A stretch of DNA of 64,000 bases from an uncultured Acidobacteriota bacterium. Its GTDB lineage: Bacteria; Acidobacteriota; Terriglobia; Terriglobales; Acidobacteriaceae. Below are positions 10,701-19,260 of this stretch, in pieces. A program made the position numbers and the translations under genes. Numbering within the stretch: position 1 is the stretch's first letter; the number at the start of each line of letters is the position of its first letter. The DNA lies in contig CAVUSR010000014.1 in assembly GCA_963744185.1 (NCBI GenBank), positions 1,524-65,523 on the forward strand. Reading direction: 5' to 3'. The notes below the pieces were generated by a model that did no database searches, had not been told where the DNA came from, and saw only the letters and a list, made by a program, of their open reading frames with translations.

Positions 10701-11633
10701 GCTCGCCTCCCCGACGGCGAGTTCTCGCTCGGCGGAAACGATCCCTGCCCGGGCGACGGCCACCGCCACAATCGCAGCAAGCGCTCCAGGTGCTCTCCCT
10801 GCAACTCCGGCAGCGAGAGGCGAAACCCTAAGCGCCGCCGGCAAGCCAGCGGGAAGTGCAGGCGCTACAAGGCTGGAGGCCAGGCTAGGGGCGGTAGCTT
10901 CGTTGCCAAGGCTTGGTTCGGGAGTCTTCCTCGAAGAGTCTGCCGCGCGCACCTCTCCAGCCGGCTGATTGTGACTCGTTACTGTCAAGTCGCGATCCGA
11001 AGGTGTCGCAGACCGCACAGGTTCCCTGCGAATAAGGGCCACAGCCGGCCGTGATTGCGTCGAAGAGGCCGCTTCCGCCACGGTTCGGGACCCTTGGGGC
11101 GTTAACTCGCGAGTCAACGCGACCGCCGTCTGCACCCGCGACTCGTGCCCGGCAAACACTTCCACCCCGCCCGCAATCCCGCTTCCGAGTTGTGGACTGG
11201 CAGCCTCCACCTCGTATGTCCCTGGCGCGATGCCGCTGAAGTGGTAGCCCCCGCCTTTTCCAGTGAGAGTCCGCACCTCGGTGCCCGTGCTCGGGTTTTT
11301 CAGGGTGACCGTTACGCCGTCAAGGGGCTTCGAATGAAGGTCGGTCAGCTTTCCCGCCAGCGCTCCAACGGAGGTTTGGGCAATCAGCGTCCCGGTCGCG
11401 ACCGCGAACAGGGATGCGGCAAATGCGATGCGCCAGGCACGTCTTCTTAGCCGGCCCAACCTTCCTCCGGGTCTGGCCCTGGGATCGCTCACCGCATCAC
11501 CCTTCCCGCCGGAATCCACGTGCTGGCGGAGTCCGGTTCGGTGCGGTCTTCTTGCCAGGTAAGCCTGTACCGGCTCCCTGGCTCGCGGCGTCCGCGAACA
11601 GACGTCCCGTTTCGACCGCCCAAGTGACCCCAA
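7713..11633 (-). CDS. giant outer-membrane beta-barrel protein with N-terminal carboxypeptidase-regulatory-like domain (TonB-dependent-receptor-like, Acidobacterial type)
   Basis: About 1300 aa. It has a signal-like segment (RIAFAASLFAVATGTLIAQ), a CarboxypepD_reg-like module (VTLKNPSTGTEVRTLTGKGGGYHFSGIAPGTYEVEA), and a barrel ending in the terminal aromatic motif (LGLRMRF). The exact start is uncertain. Confidence 0.75.
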   Translation of the reverse strand: MGSLGRSKRDVCSRTPRAREPVQAYLARRPHRTGLRQHVDSGGKGDAVSDPRARPGGRLGRLRRRAWRIAFAASLFAVATGTLIAQTSVGALAGKLTDLHSKPLDGVTVTLKNPSTGTEVRTLTGKGGGYHFSGIAPGTYEVEAASPQLGSGIAGGVEVFAGHESRVQTAVALTRELTPQGSRTVAEAASSTQSRPAVALIRREPVRSATPSDRDLTVTSHNQPAGEVRAADSSRKTPEPSLGNEATAPSLASSLVAPALPAGLPAALRVSPLAAGVAGRAPGALAAIVAVAVARAGIVSAERELAVGEASGSATVEVTLNGEQMEQLPLPGRRWENFVLDTPGQESDTDEVEVAQSGPARSQGAITVDGASTRMAFGGRVRGQAGAAFPAGPGGSETSIREFRLSNIEDAGSSAATGERVHLETRGGPGGFHGQGFFFNRQDLLGAQNPFTQWVKESAPGSLSTVPAFTAFPYSPADKENRWGAGAGGELGRHRLWWFASLDGNQRNHPAVATVKHPDQFFAQPSNDEMQVLSARLGLSGANPVAEGLQAYSGMLESLAGLLGPAPRTSQHWSGFGRLDWRTAERHRFVLEGSGAVWNSPGGGLSRAAETFGSHSFGVSQGSSEGVLSRWEARLSPNLWAVTQGSIRQVMVGARAEPPSPFEQGFAANVWGQLPQMTVDSRYGFTIGNPARFGPGSSPDERVYEAQASLDWARRTLQLRAGADLRHSGDATSLLRNHTGTYFYSSVENFVSDALVFAKFGLADALDPKQQHNCDQRGKAWRDTTGQLNGLGYLPCYSHYTQTLGPTQWYLSTNDWAAFVTTQWHPAKRLEMTAGVRWDREDTPPPIALVNNPALRLTQRLPALGSMGSPRLGLAWGQGESRWPVLRAGYGMYAGRTSNGTLETALTETGSLKGDLKFFMRPTDNLPENGGGAPPFPYVLGGEPAGTVKPGVVEFASNFHNAEIHQGVVELDQRMPGRILVSLGALVSLARRLPVTMDTNYDPAVNPKTITYAVVDSTGKGPLKKPQITVPFFASWPGADGTGGRLNTNYQQITEIDSRANSTYEAATVRASRYARRGLSFHARYTYGHAMDWNPNESSQVTRDSIFDPTNFALEYGTSNLDQRHTASAMAIWEAPWNRRGPDRWLTNGWMLSGTAQFHGGLPYTMRTAGSITREFELNGTTIAGLGPGMNGYGGADRVYGVGRNTYRYPRTWKADMRLGRKFGFGHGREMEFLVESFNLFNHQNVTEVESTGYSIEPGTISGSLPTLNFLTGLKTGQTEFGQPLNINAVDFYRERQFDLGLRMRF

Positions 11634-12178
11634 GAGGAAGTTTCTGCGATTCTAGTCCCGAATTGGGATGCAGAGAAGCGTTAACCGGTGAGCGGTGACA
11701 GCGCTCACATCAGGTGGACTTCAGCGACGCTAAGTCCGGCACTCCGTCCAGCCATTCCTGACTCTCCGCGCATCCAACGTAGGCGGGGAAATTTGCAGCA
11801 AATCCAACTGCCTGGGGAGCCCGAACGAACATGTCCGTCGAACGCGAGATTGACCTTGCCAAAGTCTCAAGCCTGCTTCGATCTTCTCTAGCGCGTATCT
11901 CCCGCAACGCGTCGGTTTGCGAAGTGACCATGGATTCCGTGCAGAAGACCAGACGTGCCGTGGAAAGATCCGAGGCTGCCCTGCAGCGGGCCGATGACCT
12001 CATCCGACGTACAGGCGGCCAGAACTCCGAATGAGCGGCGCTCGTTTCGCCCCGTTCGCTCCCCTCCTGCCCTGTTAAACTGATAAGACGGCATTTTGGC
12101 TGCGGAATGCTCTTGGAGCGCCCGCCCATTTTGTGCGGATCGTTCAATTGCCCCCGCGCCCGCCGCAACCTTTCCCAC

Positions 12179-13201
12179 ATGTTCATTGATGAAGCAAAAA
12201 TTCGCGTCAAGGCCGGCGACGGCGGAAATGGCTGCATGGCCTTCCGTCGCGAGAAGTTCGTGCCCCGCGGAGGCCCTTCGGGCGGCGATGGGGGCCGCGG
12301 CGGTGACGTCGTCATGCAGTCCTCGCAACGGCACAATACACTCATTCACTTCCGCTATAACCCCGAGCACAAGGCGCAGCGCGGCGAGCATGGCCTGGGC
12401 TCCAACTGCTCCGGCTCCGACGGCCACGACAAGATCCTGCAAGTGCCTGTAGGCACTGCACTTTACGACGCGGAGACGGGCGAGCTTGTGCACGACTTCC
12501 AGGAGCCCGACGAGCGGGTCATCGTCGCCAAGGGGGGGAGGGGGGGACGCGGCAACCAGCACTTCGCTACCAGCACCCACCAGGCGCCCCGCGAGCACGA
12601 GATGGGCCGCGCTGGCGAAGAGCGCCTCTATCGCCTGGAACTGAAGCTGCTCGCTGACGTGGGCCTCGTCGGCTACCCCAACGCCGGCAAATCGACCCTG
12701 ATCTCCCGCATCTCCGCCGCCAAACCCAAGATCGCCGACTATCCCTTCACCACCCTCGAGCCGAATCTCGGTGTGGTTACGGTGGGCGAGGAGCCGAACC
12801 AGGAATCCTTCGTCGTCGCAGACGTTCCCGGCCTCATCGAAGGCGCGCACCTCGGCTCCGGCCTCGGGGTCCAGTTTTTGCGCCACATCGAGCGCACCCG
12901 CGTCCTGGTCCACCTGGTCGACGTCTCGGATGGCTCCGGCCGGCCCGATCCCGTCGAAGATTTCAAAGTCATCAACAACGAACTCGCCAGCTTCGGCAAC
13001 GGGCTCGACAAGAAACCGATGATCGTGGTCGCGACGAAAATTGACGCCGCTAACCCCGAAAAGCTGAAGAAGCTCTCCGCTCACGCCAAGCGGCGCAAGC
13101 TCGAGTTTCATGCCATCTCGGCCGTCACCGGGCAGGGGATCGAAGACTTGAAATGGTCGATGGCGCGCCATGTCCGCCAACCCGAAATGGCTGCCGACTG
13201 A
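12179..13201 (+). CDS. obg: GTPase Obg/CgtA
   Basis: [41 protein letters not shown] is the Obg fold. G-motifs [18 protein letters not shown] and ATKID are present. Start taken at ATG 12179 inside track ORF 12107..13201. Confidence 0.95.
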   Translation: MFIDEAKIRVKAGDGGNGCMAFRREKFVPRGGPSGGDGGRGGDVVMQSSQRHNTLIHFRYNPEHKAQRGEHGLGSNCSGSDGHDKILQVPVGTALYDAETGELVHDFQEPDERVIVAKGGRGGRGNQHFATSTHQAPREHEMGRAGEERLYRLELKLLADVGLVGYPNAGKSTLISRISAAKPKIADYPFTTLEPNLGVVTVGEEPNQESFVVADVPGLIEGAHLGSGLGVQFLRHIERTRVLVHLVDVSDGSGRPDPVEDFKVINNELASFGNGLDKKPMIVVATKIDAANPEKLKKLSAHAKRRKLEFHAISAVTGQGIEDLKWSMARHVRQPEMAAD

Positions 13202-13274
13202 CAAAACTGGAATTGGGCTCATTCCTTGCGCAGCTTCATCGCGCGAAGGGTGGGAATCGAACCGACATCCGGTC

Positions 13275-14687
13275 CTAAACCATCGCCCGTTCCTTCACCA
13301 TCAGGTACTGATTCAGCACTGATGGCGTCAGAGCCTCAGGGTCTAGATCGAGTGTCAGCGCGCCCTGTTCGTGCAGCCGCGCTAACAGCACTTCGCGCCG
13401 CCCCGCCATCTCCTGCGCCGCCGCCGAGCGAAACATCTGCTCTACGTTCTTCGGCCGCGACTTGGCGATCGCTTCCACCTCTGGCTGCGCCATGGCCACG
13501 AACAGCAGCACGTGCCGCCGCAGCAACTGGACAGCGCCGTCAATCACCTCCGGCCGCATCGCTGTCTCTGCCAGGTCGGTGACCCACAGAATGAGCGCGC
13601 GGCGTGGCTGCAGGCGGTTCAAGACTGCCGTTGCGCGAAGATGATCGGCCTCGCTGGTCTCCACCTTTACCTGCGCCAGCAATTCGATCAACTGCCGCAA
13701 GTGCGCCGCCCCTCGCCCCGGCAGCAACCGCTGTTGAATGTTCTGCCCATACGCCAGCAGTCCCACGCGATCGCCGGAGTAAAGGGCGAGTTGCGCCAGC
13801 GCCACGGCGGTCGAGCACGCATGATCGAGCTTCGAGTGACCCGTTTCCCGCTGCGTGTCAGACGTCCCGCCGGAACGCAAGTTACGCGATCGCATGAGCC
13901 GCCCGCAGTCCAGCACGATCCATACCGCCTGGCTCCGCTCCGTCTGATATTGGCGGGTGATCAGCGCGCCGCGCCGTGCCGTTGCCGTCCAGCAGACGTC
14001 GCGCAGGTCGTCACCTTCGCGATAGTCGCGCAGGCTTTCGAAGTCGCGTCCCAGCCCGCGCTGTCGGGCCTGCCGCAGTTGCAGGTCGATCTGCCGGCTC
14101 CGGGCCAGAAAAATCTGCTGCTCCTCGCTTGTCCGCAGCGCCGGATACACGCGCACCGTCTGCGTTAGCTGGGCTCTCGCCCAGCGCTCTGCCAGCCCCA
14201 GCGGCGAGCGATAACGCACGTAGAGCCAGCCTGTCTTCCAGTCGCCGCGCTCCTGTGGGGCGACCTTGTAGCGCACCGTTGCCGTAACGCGCGGAAATGC
14301 CGTCAGTTTGTGCATCACCGGCTGGGCGGCCAGTGCGGGCGGCAGATCGTCCGTCAGCAGGCACTCGGCGATCACCCGGCCATGGTTCTCAATCGAAAGT
14401 TCGATCTCTGTCTCGCTGTCCAGCGCCGGCGCATTGTTCCAACTCCGTTCCGCCATCAGCTGCCTCGCTCCGGGGAGCCGCAACCCATCGAGCAACACCG
14501 CCGCCAGCATCAGCCCGTCCCAAACCAACATGGCGTAGCTGTAGCGCGGCACGTAAAACCCCGGAATCAGCAGCAGAAACCCCGCCGCCAGCAGCCCGAT
14601 CGCGCGCGGCGTCAGCCCGAATCCCCAGCGCCGCCGCCGCTCGCAAGCAGCGCGAACCGGCCCGGGATGCAGCGAAGTTGAAATCAT
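13275..14687 (-). CDS. DUF58 (VWA-like) domain protein, MoxR partner
   Basis: Two N-terminal TM helices, then the DUF58 core FESLRDYREGDDLRDVCWTATARRGALITRQYQTERSQAVWIVLDCGRLM. Its start overlaps the MoxR stop by 4 nt. Confidence 0.85.
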   Translation of the reverse strand: MISTSLHPGPVRAACERRRRWGFGLTPRAIGLLAAGFLLLIPGFYVPRYSYAMLVWDGLMLAAVLLDGLRLPGARQLMAERSWNNAPALDSETEIELSIENHGRVIAECLLTDDLPPALAAQPVMHKLTAFPRVTATVRYKVAPQERGDWKTGWLYVRYRSPLGLAERWARAQLTQTVRVYPALRTSEEQQIFLARSRQIDLQLRQARQRGLGRDFESLRDYREGDDLRDVCWTATARRGALITRQYQTERSQAVWIVLDCGRLMRSRNLRSGGTSDTQRETGHSKLDHACSTAVALAQLALYSGDRVGLLAYGQNIQQRLLPGRGAAHLRQLIELLAQVKVETSEADHLRATAVLNRLQPRRALILWVTDLAETAMRPEVIDGAVQLLRRHVLLFVAMAQPEVEAIAKSRPKNVEQMFRSAAAQEMAGRREVLLARLHEQGALTLDLDPEALTPSVLNQYLMVKERAMV

Positions 14688-15676
14688 TGCCGCGGCACCG
14701 GAACCGCCGCCACCACGTCGGCTAGCGCGCGGTCCGCATCGAATCCCTCCAACTCCGCCTCGGGCTTCAGCATGACCCGATGACGCAACACTGGTTGAGC
14801 CGCCCGCTTCACATCATCCGGAACCAGGTAGTCGCGGCCGTCGAACGCTGCGGCCGCCTGTGCCACGAACATCAGGCTCAGCGCCGCACGCGGACTCGCG
14901 CCCAGCAACAGCGTGGGCCACTCGCGCGTGCGCCGCGCCAGCGCCAGGATATAGCGGTACAACTCCGGTTCAATGCGAATCGCCCGCACCTCTGTCCGCG
15001 CAGCGTCCAGCAGCCCCGGCGCGATCGGAGTGATTTGTGCATCTTCCAGCAACCCGGCCCCCGTCGCTCCGTGGTGCCGCTCCAGGATCTGCAACTCCTC
15101 GCCTTCCGACGGATATGCCACGCGAATCTTGAGCAGAAATCGATCCAATTGCGCTTCAGGCAGCGGGTAGGTGCCCTCGAAGTCCACCGGGTTCTGTGTG
15201 GCAAACACCGTGAACCACGCCGGAAGAGGCCGCCTCACACCATCGGCCGTTACCTGCCGCTCTTCCATGCACTCCAGCAGCGCTGCCTGCGTGCGAGGCG
15301 GCATGCGGTTGATCTCGTCCACCAGCAGCAGGTCCGTGAACACCGGCCCCGCATGAAACGTGAACGTGTCTGTCCCCGGCTTCAGAATCGTCGTGCCCAG
15401 AATGTCAGCCGGCATCAGGTCGGGCGTAGCCTGGACGCGCTGAAAGCCCAGCCCGAGCAGCCGCCCCAGCGTCTTCACCATCAGCGTCTTGGCGATTCCC
15501 GGCACGCCCTCCAGCAGGACATGCCCTTTGCACAGAATGCTCATCAGCAACTCGTCGATCGCCGCGCCCTGTCCGGCAATGACCGTGGCCAGGCCCGTGC
15601 GTGCCTGTGAAATCAACTCCCGCGTCGCGTGCAAGCCTGAAACCTGTTCGGACACCTGTTGTGTTTCCTCGTTCAT
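14684..15676 (-). CDS. MoxR-family AAA+ ATPase
   Basis: 330 aa with Walker A GVPGIAKT, Walker B LLLVDEINR and ATQNPVDFEGTYPLPEAQLDRF, typical of the MoxR/AAA_3 family. Confidence 0.9.
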   Translation of the reverse strand: MNEETQQVSEQVSGLHATRELISQARTGLATVIAGQGAAIDELLMSILCKGHVLLEGVPGIAKTLMVKTLGRLLGLGFQRVQATPDLMPADILGTTILKPGTDTFTFHAGPVFTDLLLVDEINRMPPRTQAALLECMEERQVTADGVRRPLPAWFTVFATQNPVDFEGTYPLPEAQLDRFLLKIRVAYPSEGEELQILERHHGATGAGLLEDAQITPIAPGLLDAARTEVRAIRIEPELYRYILALARRTREWPTLLLGASPRAALSLMFVAQAAAAFDGRDYLVPDDVKRAAQPVLRHRVMLKPEAELEGFDADRALADVVAAVPVPRQ

Positions 15677-15688
15677 GAGGCCCTTTCC

Positions 15689-16918
15689 CTACGAAATCGA
15701 ATGAACTTCTTCTGCCTTTGCATCCCTGGCTTCTGCAATTCCATCCCGCGCGCCCGGCCGGGAGGCCGAGGTCAGTTCTTCCATGTGCGACGCCAGCAAC
15801 TGCACCAGCCGCAGCGCTTCCTTCGGGTGAATCGCATCGGCGCCCGCAGCTTCTTCACACGTTTTCAAGTCGGCTTCGAGTGTCTTATCAACCCCCGGAA
15901 ACCGTCGCTCGATCATCTCCGCAATCTCGGTCGCGTCCGCTCGCTCTCCGCGCATGCCGCAGAGCCGCAAGGCCTGGCGCCGAAACCGCTCCCAGGCAAT
16001 CGCCACGGCCGTCGTCGCTGCTCCCGCGTTGCGATACAACGACCCCAACGCCTCCACAAACTCCACCGGCGTAGCTCGTACCGGCGGCGGCAACTCGCGC
16101 ACCGGGCCGCTGCGCCGGCTAAAGCTGAACAGCACCAGCACCGCAAGCGTTACCAGACCGATTCGCAACATCGTCAGCGCCGGGCCGCCCGCGTAGGTCC
16201 ACGATGAGCGGATCTCTCCATGAAGTGACTCGTCCCAATAGAAATGCTTTCCCTCGCGCGCTCCTAGCGAATTCAGCAGCAGATCCAGATTCCGCGCTCG
16301 CGCCAGTGATCCGTTCTCGAGCGGCGTGGAGCTTGCCCACCACACCACATGTCCCTTACCCCAGTCGTACTCCACAACCGCGGGCTGCCCCGCGCAGCTG
16401 TATTGCACCCGATCCGCGGGCTTGCCCACCTGCCATGTGGCCTCGGGAATCATCCACACCTCGCCCGACGACGCCAGCGGGTCTAGCCCCTCCGGCTCCA
16501 ACTGGCAGGCCGCAAAGTTGAACTCCCGCGGCGGTGCGCTTGCACCATTCGGGAGCAGATAGCCTCCCCAGTACCCCGTCGCCAGCACACGACCGCCGCG
16601 CTCCAGGATCTGCCGCACTGCCTGGATGTCCTCCGTCTCGCGCGTGAATGGCTCCGCGAAGATCACCACTGTCTCCGGTCCGGCGGCTGGGGCCAGTTCC
16701 GCCAGGGGCCGCTCCCACCGTTCGATCGGATAACCGGAACGCACCAGCGTTTCATAAGCAGCCAGCGCCCCATGCCGTCCAGAGAGATACGTTGAAGGCA
16801 GCCGGTTCTCGTTATTGTCTCCGTTGGGCAGCAGGAATCCCGCCGCAATGGCCAGTGTCACGGCCGCGCTCGCGCACCATAACAGCAGCTTCCGGTCCCG
16901 AGGATCGAGCGAGGACAT
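15689..16918 (-). CDS. DUF4350-like membrane-anchored protein
   Basis: N-terminal TM helix (LLLWCASAAVTLAIAAGFLL), a periplasmic-type domain, a second TM helix and a C-terminal helical tail. It occupies the conserved position between the DUF4129 and MoxR genes. I prefer ATG 16918 because track start 16978 would overlap the upstream gene by 55 nt. Confidence 0.65.
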   Translation of the reverse strand: MSSLDPRDRKLLLWCASAAVTLAIAAGFLLPNGDNNENRLPSTYLSGRHGALAAYETLVRSGYPIERWERPLAELAPAAGPETVVIFAEPFTRETEDIQAVRQILERGGRVLATGYWGGYLLPNGASAPPREFNFAACQLEPEGLDPLASSGEVWMIPEATWQVGKPADRVQYSCAGQPAVVEYDWGKGHVVWWASSTPLENGSLARARNLDLLLNSLGAREGKHFYWDESLHGEIRSSWTYAGGPALTMLRIGLVTLAVLVLFSFSRRSGPVRELPPPVRATPVEFVEALGSLYRNAGAATTAVAIAWERFRRQALRLCGMRGERADATEIAEMIERRFPGVDKTLEADLKTCEEAAGADAIHPKEALRLVQLLASHMEELTSASRPGARDGIAEARDAKAEEVHSIS

Positions 16919-16923
16919 GAATC

Positions 16924-18063
16924 TCACGAAGCGCCCTCCGCGGCCGCATCCGTCTGACTTGAGGCTTCCACCGTCCAAGTTCCTGCAATGAGTCGTCCAG
17001 CCAGCTCTTCCGTGCGCCGATAGTCGCTCTGGCCAGCGTTTCGTCCCCCATACCAGGTCCGCTCGAAGGTCTGCGTCAGGATTCCCAGGCCCGGTTTGCG
17101 GCCATCGTCGGGCGACAACAGCGCCAGATACTCACGCGGCGTCCGTGCCCGGTCCGCCGGCCACAGCCGTTTCGACTCCAGCCGCGAAATCACGGCCCAG
17201 TAGAGGAAATGAATCCCCTCGCGCCAAAGGCCCAGGCGTGCCGCCTCGCGGGCATCGGCCATCCACAATTGCCAGTCGCGCGCTGAAGCGGCATCCGGCG
17301 CCGGCCCGTTCGTGTCCGGCAGCAGACGAATGCGCCAGCGCCGCTCCAACTGCAGCAGGGCCCACGTCAGGCCCACACCCACCGCCAGCAAAAATCCCCA
17401 GATCAGCGCACGTCCAATCCAGGCCGACCGCGCGCGCAACTTGTCCACGCCCTCAAAGAGGTGGTTGAGCCAGCGGTTCACGCGCTCCATGAAGGAGTCG
17501 CGTTCGTCCGGCTGCTTCAATCCGCGAAATTCCCGTTCCGCGAGCACCTTTTGCATTGTGGAGTGTTCCGCCGCATGACCGGACGGGGTGGATGGCACGC
17601 CGGCCTGCGCGAGATCGGATTGCAGGCGTGTTTCGGCGTCCTGCAGCAACTGCGACGTGGTTCGCGGCCTCGGCCGCGCGCGATCCTCGCTCGTCTGCAC
17701 CCGTTTGCCGGGCTTTGGCGCCTGTTGGGCTTCGTCGCTTTCTTCCGCGCGCGAGAACAGCACGCGCAGCCACCCGTAGCGCACCAGCCGGCGTTCTCCC
17801 GTCGATCCCAGCGGCAACCGATCGTCCAGCCCCACCAGCAGCGGATCGCACGTCTTCACGTCGCGCGCTTTCGCACAAACTTGCGTCAGCCCCGCCAGCG
17901 CAACCAGGTGCTTGCGATATTCGTCGAGCGAAGCATCCTGCCAGCGGCCCGCGCTCGGCGGGGGCGGCGGTGTCGGCGCTGCGGCCGCGCGTGATCCCTC
18001 GAACAGGCCTGCACACAACAGCGCTATCGCCGCGCACAAGCCTGCCTGTGTTGAGAACCTCAC
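16924..18063 (-). CDS. DUF4129-like protein with signal peptide and one internal TM helix
   Basis: GTG start, signal-like MRFSTQAGLCAAIALLCAGL, a Pro-rich linker and a C-terminal region (PREYLALLSPDDGRKPGLGILTQTFERTWYGG) typical of DUF4129. Confidence 0.65.
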   Translation of the reverse strand: MRFSTQAGLCAAIALLCAGLFEGSRAAAAPTPPPPPSAGRWQDASLDEYRKHLVALAGLTQVCAKARDVKTCDPLLVGLDDRLPLGSTGERRLVRYGWLRVLFSRAEESDEAQQAPKPGKRVQTSEDRARPRPRTTSQLLQDAETRLQSDLAQAGVPSTPSGHAAEHSTMQKVLAEREFRGLKQPDERDSFMERVNRWLNHLFEGVDKLRARSAWIGRALIWGFLLAVGVGLTWALLQLERRWRIRLLPDTNGPAPDAASARDWQLWMADAREAARLGLWREGIHFLYWAVISRLESKRLWPADRARTPREYLALLSPDDGRKPGLGILTQTFERTWYGGRNAGQSDYRRTEELAGRLIAGTWTVEASSQTDAAAEGAS

Positions 18064-18148
18064 TCCCGCTGCACCTCAGCTTCGACGAAATCCAGGCCTT
18101 CGCGTCATCGATTTTCCGGTCACCGCGGAGACGGACTGCGAAAGCATT

Positions 18149-18250
18149 GAGTCCTGCAGCGTCCATCATCCGTTCGATGTCGTAGCCCTCTTTCCGTATC
18201 CGCTGATCATATAAGCGTGATCGCGATAGGGTCGAGTGTCTCGCCCGGGT
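18149..18250 (-). pseudogene. relic of the C-terminal tail of a fourth copy of the upstream membrane-protein family
   Basis: Translates to ...LYDQRIRKEGYDIERMMDAAGL, almost identical to the tails of the genes at 19261..20331 and 20328..21413. There is no start codon. It is bounded upstream by in-frame TGA 18251-18253. Confidence 0.45.
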
Positions 18251-18271
18251 TCACTGGTCGCAATGTCGGTG

Positions 18272-19213
18272 TCATGCGTCACCTCCGCTCATCGCCGGCC
18301 GCGTGGCACCATCCACTCGGTTCCGCTGATCGTCATACAGCACCGCAAACGCGACCGCATAGCTTGCCCAACTCAGAGTCATGAAGAGAAGGAACGCGAC
18401 AAAGACCCCGATCACCAGGATCGCGAATCCCGCGACGCTCAGTCCCTGCGGCAGGTGCATGGCTGAAGCAATCAGCCCGACCACTGCGATCACCGCAAAC
18501 CCCACCATCTCCAACACCATGATCGCGGCGGCGCCAATCGCGTACACCACCAGCATCACCAGGAAAATGCGGCCCATCGCGCCTCGGGTCAATTGTGCGC
18601 TGCGCCGCATCGCCTCTACCGCTGCTTTCTCTTCGGCTATGCACGCAGGAACCGCCAGGCCGAGTCGCAGCGTCATCCACACCAGGTAGACGATCGATCC
18701 AAGGTATGTCAAAACCAGGAACGGCATCACCACGAACAGGACGCCGGGATTCGGACTCGGGCCGCCCGGCAGGGCGTGAAGCGCCACACCCGCCGCAATC
18801 ATCGCGAAAACAACCATCACCGGCAGCATGGCAAGCAGCCAGCGTAGAACCATCAGCCAGACAATCCGACGCCAGCTGTTCCACGCCGCTCCGTATGCCT
18901 CAGCCAGCGAACTCGTCCGTCCGCGATTTGCGTCGAGGGCGGCCCGGCTAGTCGCTGCCTCGAATAGCGCATAGGCCAACAGGATCGGGATGCATGCCGC
19001 TAGCAGGACAGGCAAGATCATCCAAGCCATTCGCTGTGGGTCGGGTGGCACGCCCGGACGCGGGGGCAAAACGCCGAACGCGAACAACCCGCCGAAGATC
19101 AGCGCGTACGTTGCCAGCAACGCCCCGGCCGGAATCGTCCCCATCTTCAGAAACAGCCGGAGATTCCCGTGCAGAATCGTCCACACGCGATCGAGCACCT
19201 GGCTCAAACTCAT
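18272..19213 (-). CDS. polytopic membrane protein, paralogue 1 (most diverged) of a three-member tandem family
   Basis: Start taken at ATG 19213 (MSLSQVLDRVW...), which aligns with the N-termini of the paralogues. It has multiple TM helices and the tail LYDDQRNRVDG. Confidence 0.7.
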   Translation of the reverse strand: MSLSQVLDRVWTILHGNLRLFLKMGTIPAGALLATYALIFGGLFAFGVLPPRPGVPPDPQRMAWMILPVLLAACIPILLAYALFEAATSRAALDANRGRTSSLAEAYGAAWNSWRRIVWLMVLRWLLAMLPVMVVFAMIAAGVALHALPGGPSPNPGVLFVVMPFLVLTYLGSIVYLVWMTLRLGLAVPACIAEEKAAVEAMRRSAQLTRGAMGRIFLVMLVVYAIGAAAIMVLEMVGFAVIAVVGLIASAMHLPQGLSVAGFAILVIGVFVAFLLFMTLSWASYAVAFAVLYDDQRNRVDGATRPAMSGGDA

Positions 19214-19260
19214 CGGGCCCGCAAGCAAGCTGCTTTCACTTGACGAAGCATCGAACCGGT

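Noticed and set aside
11831-12034. 67-aa helical ORF (MSVEREIDLAKVSS...ALQRADDLIRRTGGQNSE) in the 545-nt gap upstream of obg.
   Set aside because: It is plausible as a small coiled-coil protein. However, it has no convincing RBS, only a moderate GC third-position bias and no recognisable family. It competes with overlapping ORFs in other frames, so support is insufficient to call it.
18251-18274. TGA read-through or recoding that would join paralogue 1 to the downstream relic.
   Set aside because: Many well-supported genes in this window terminate at TGA (nadC, the RumA-like gene, comEC, the response regulator, moeZ). No SECIS-like context is evident. The read-through product would carry the tail motif twice, unlike the paralogues.
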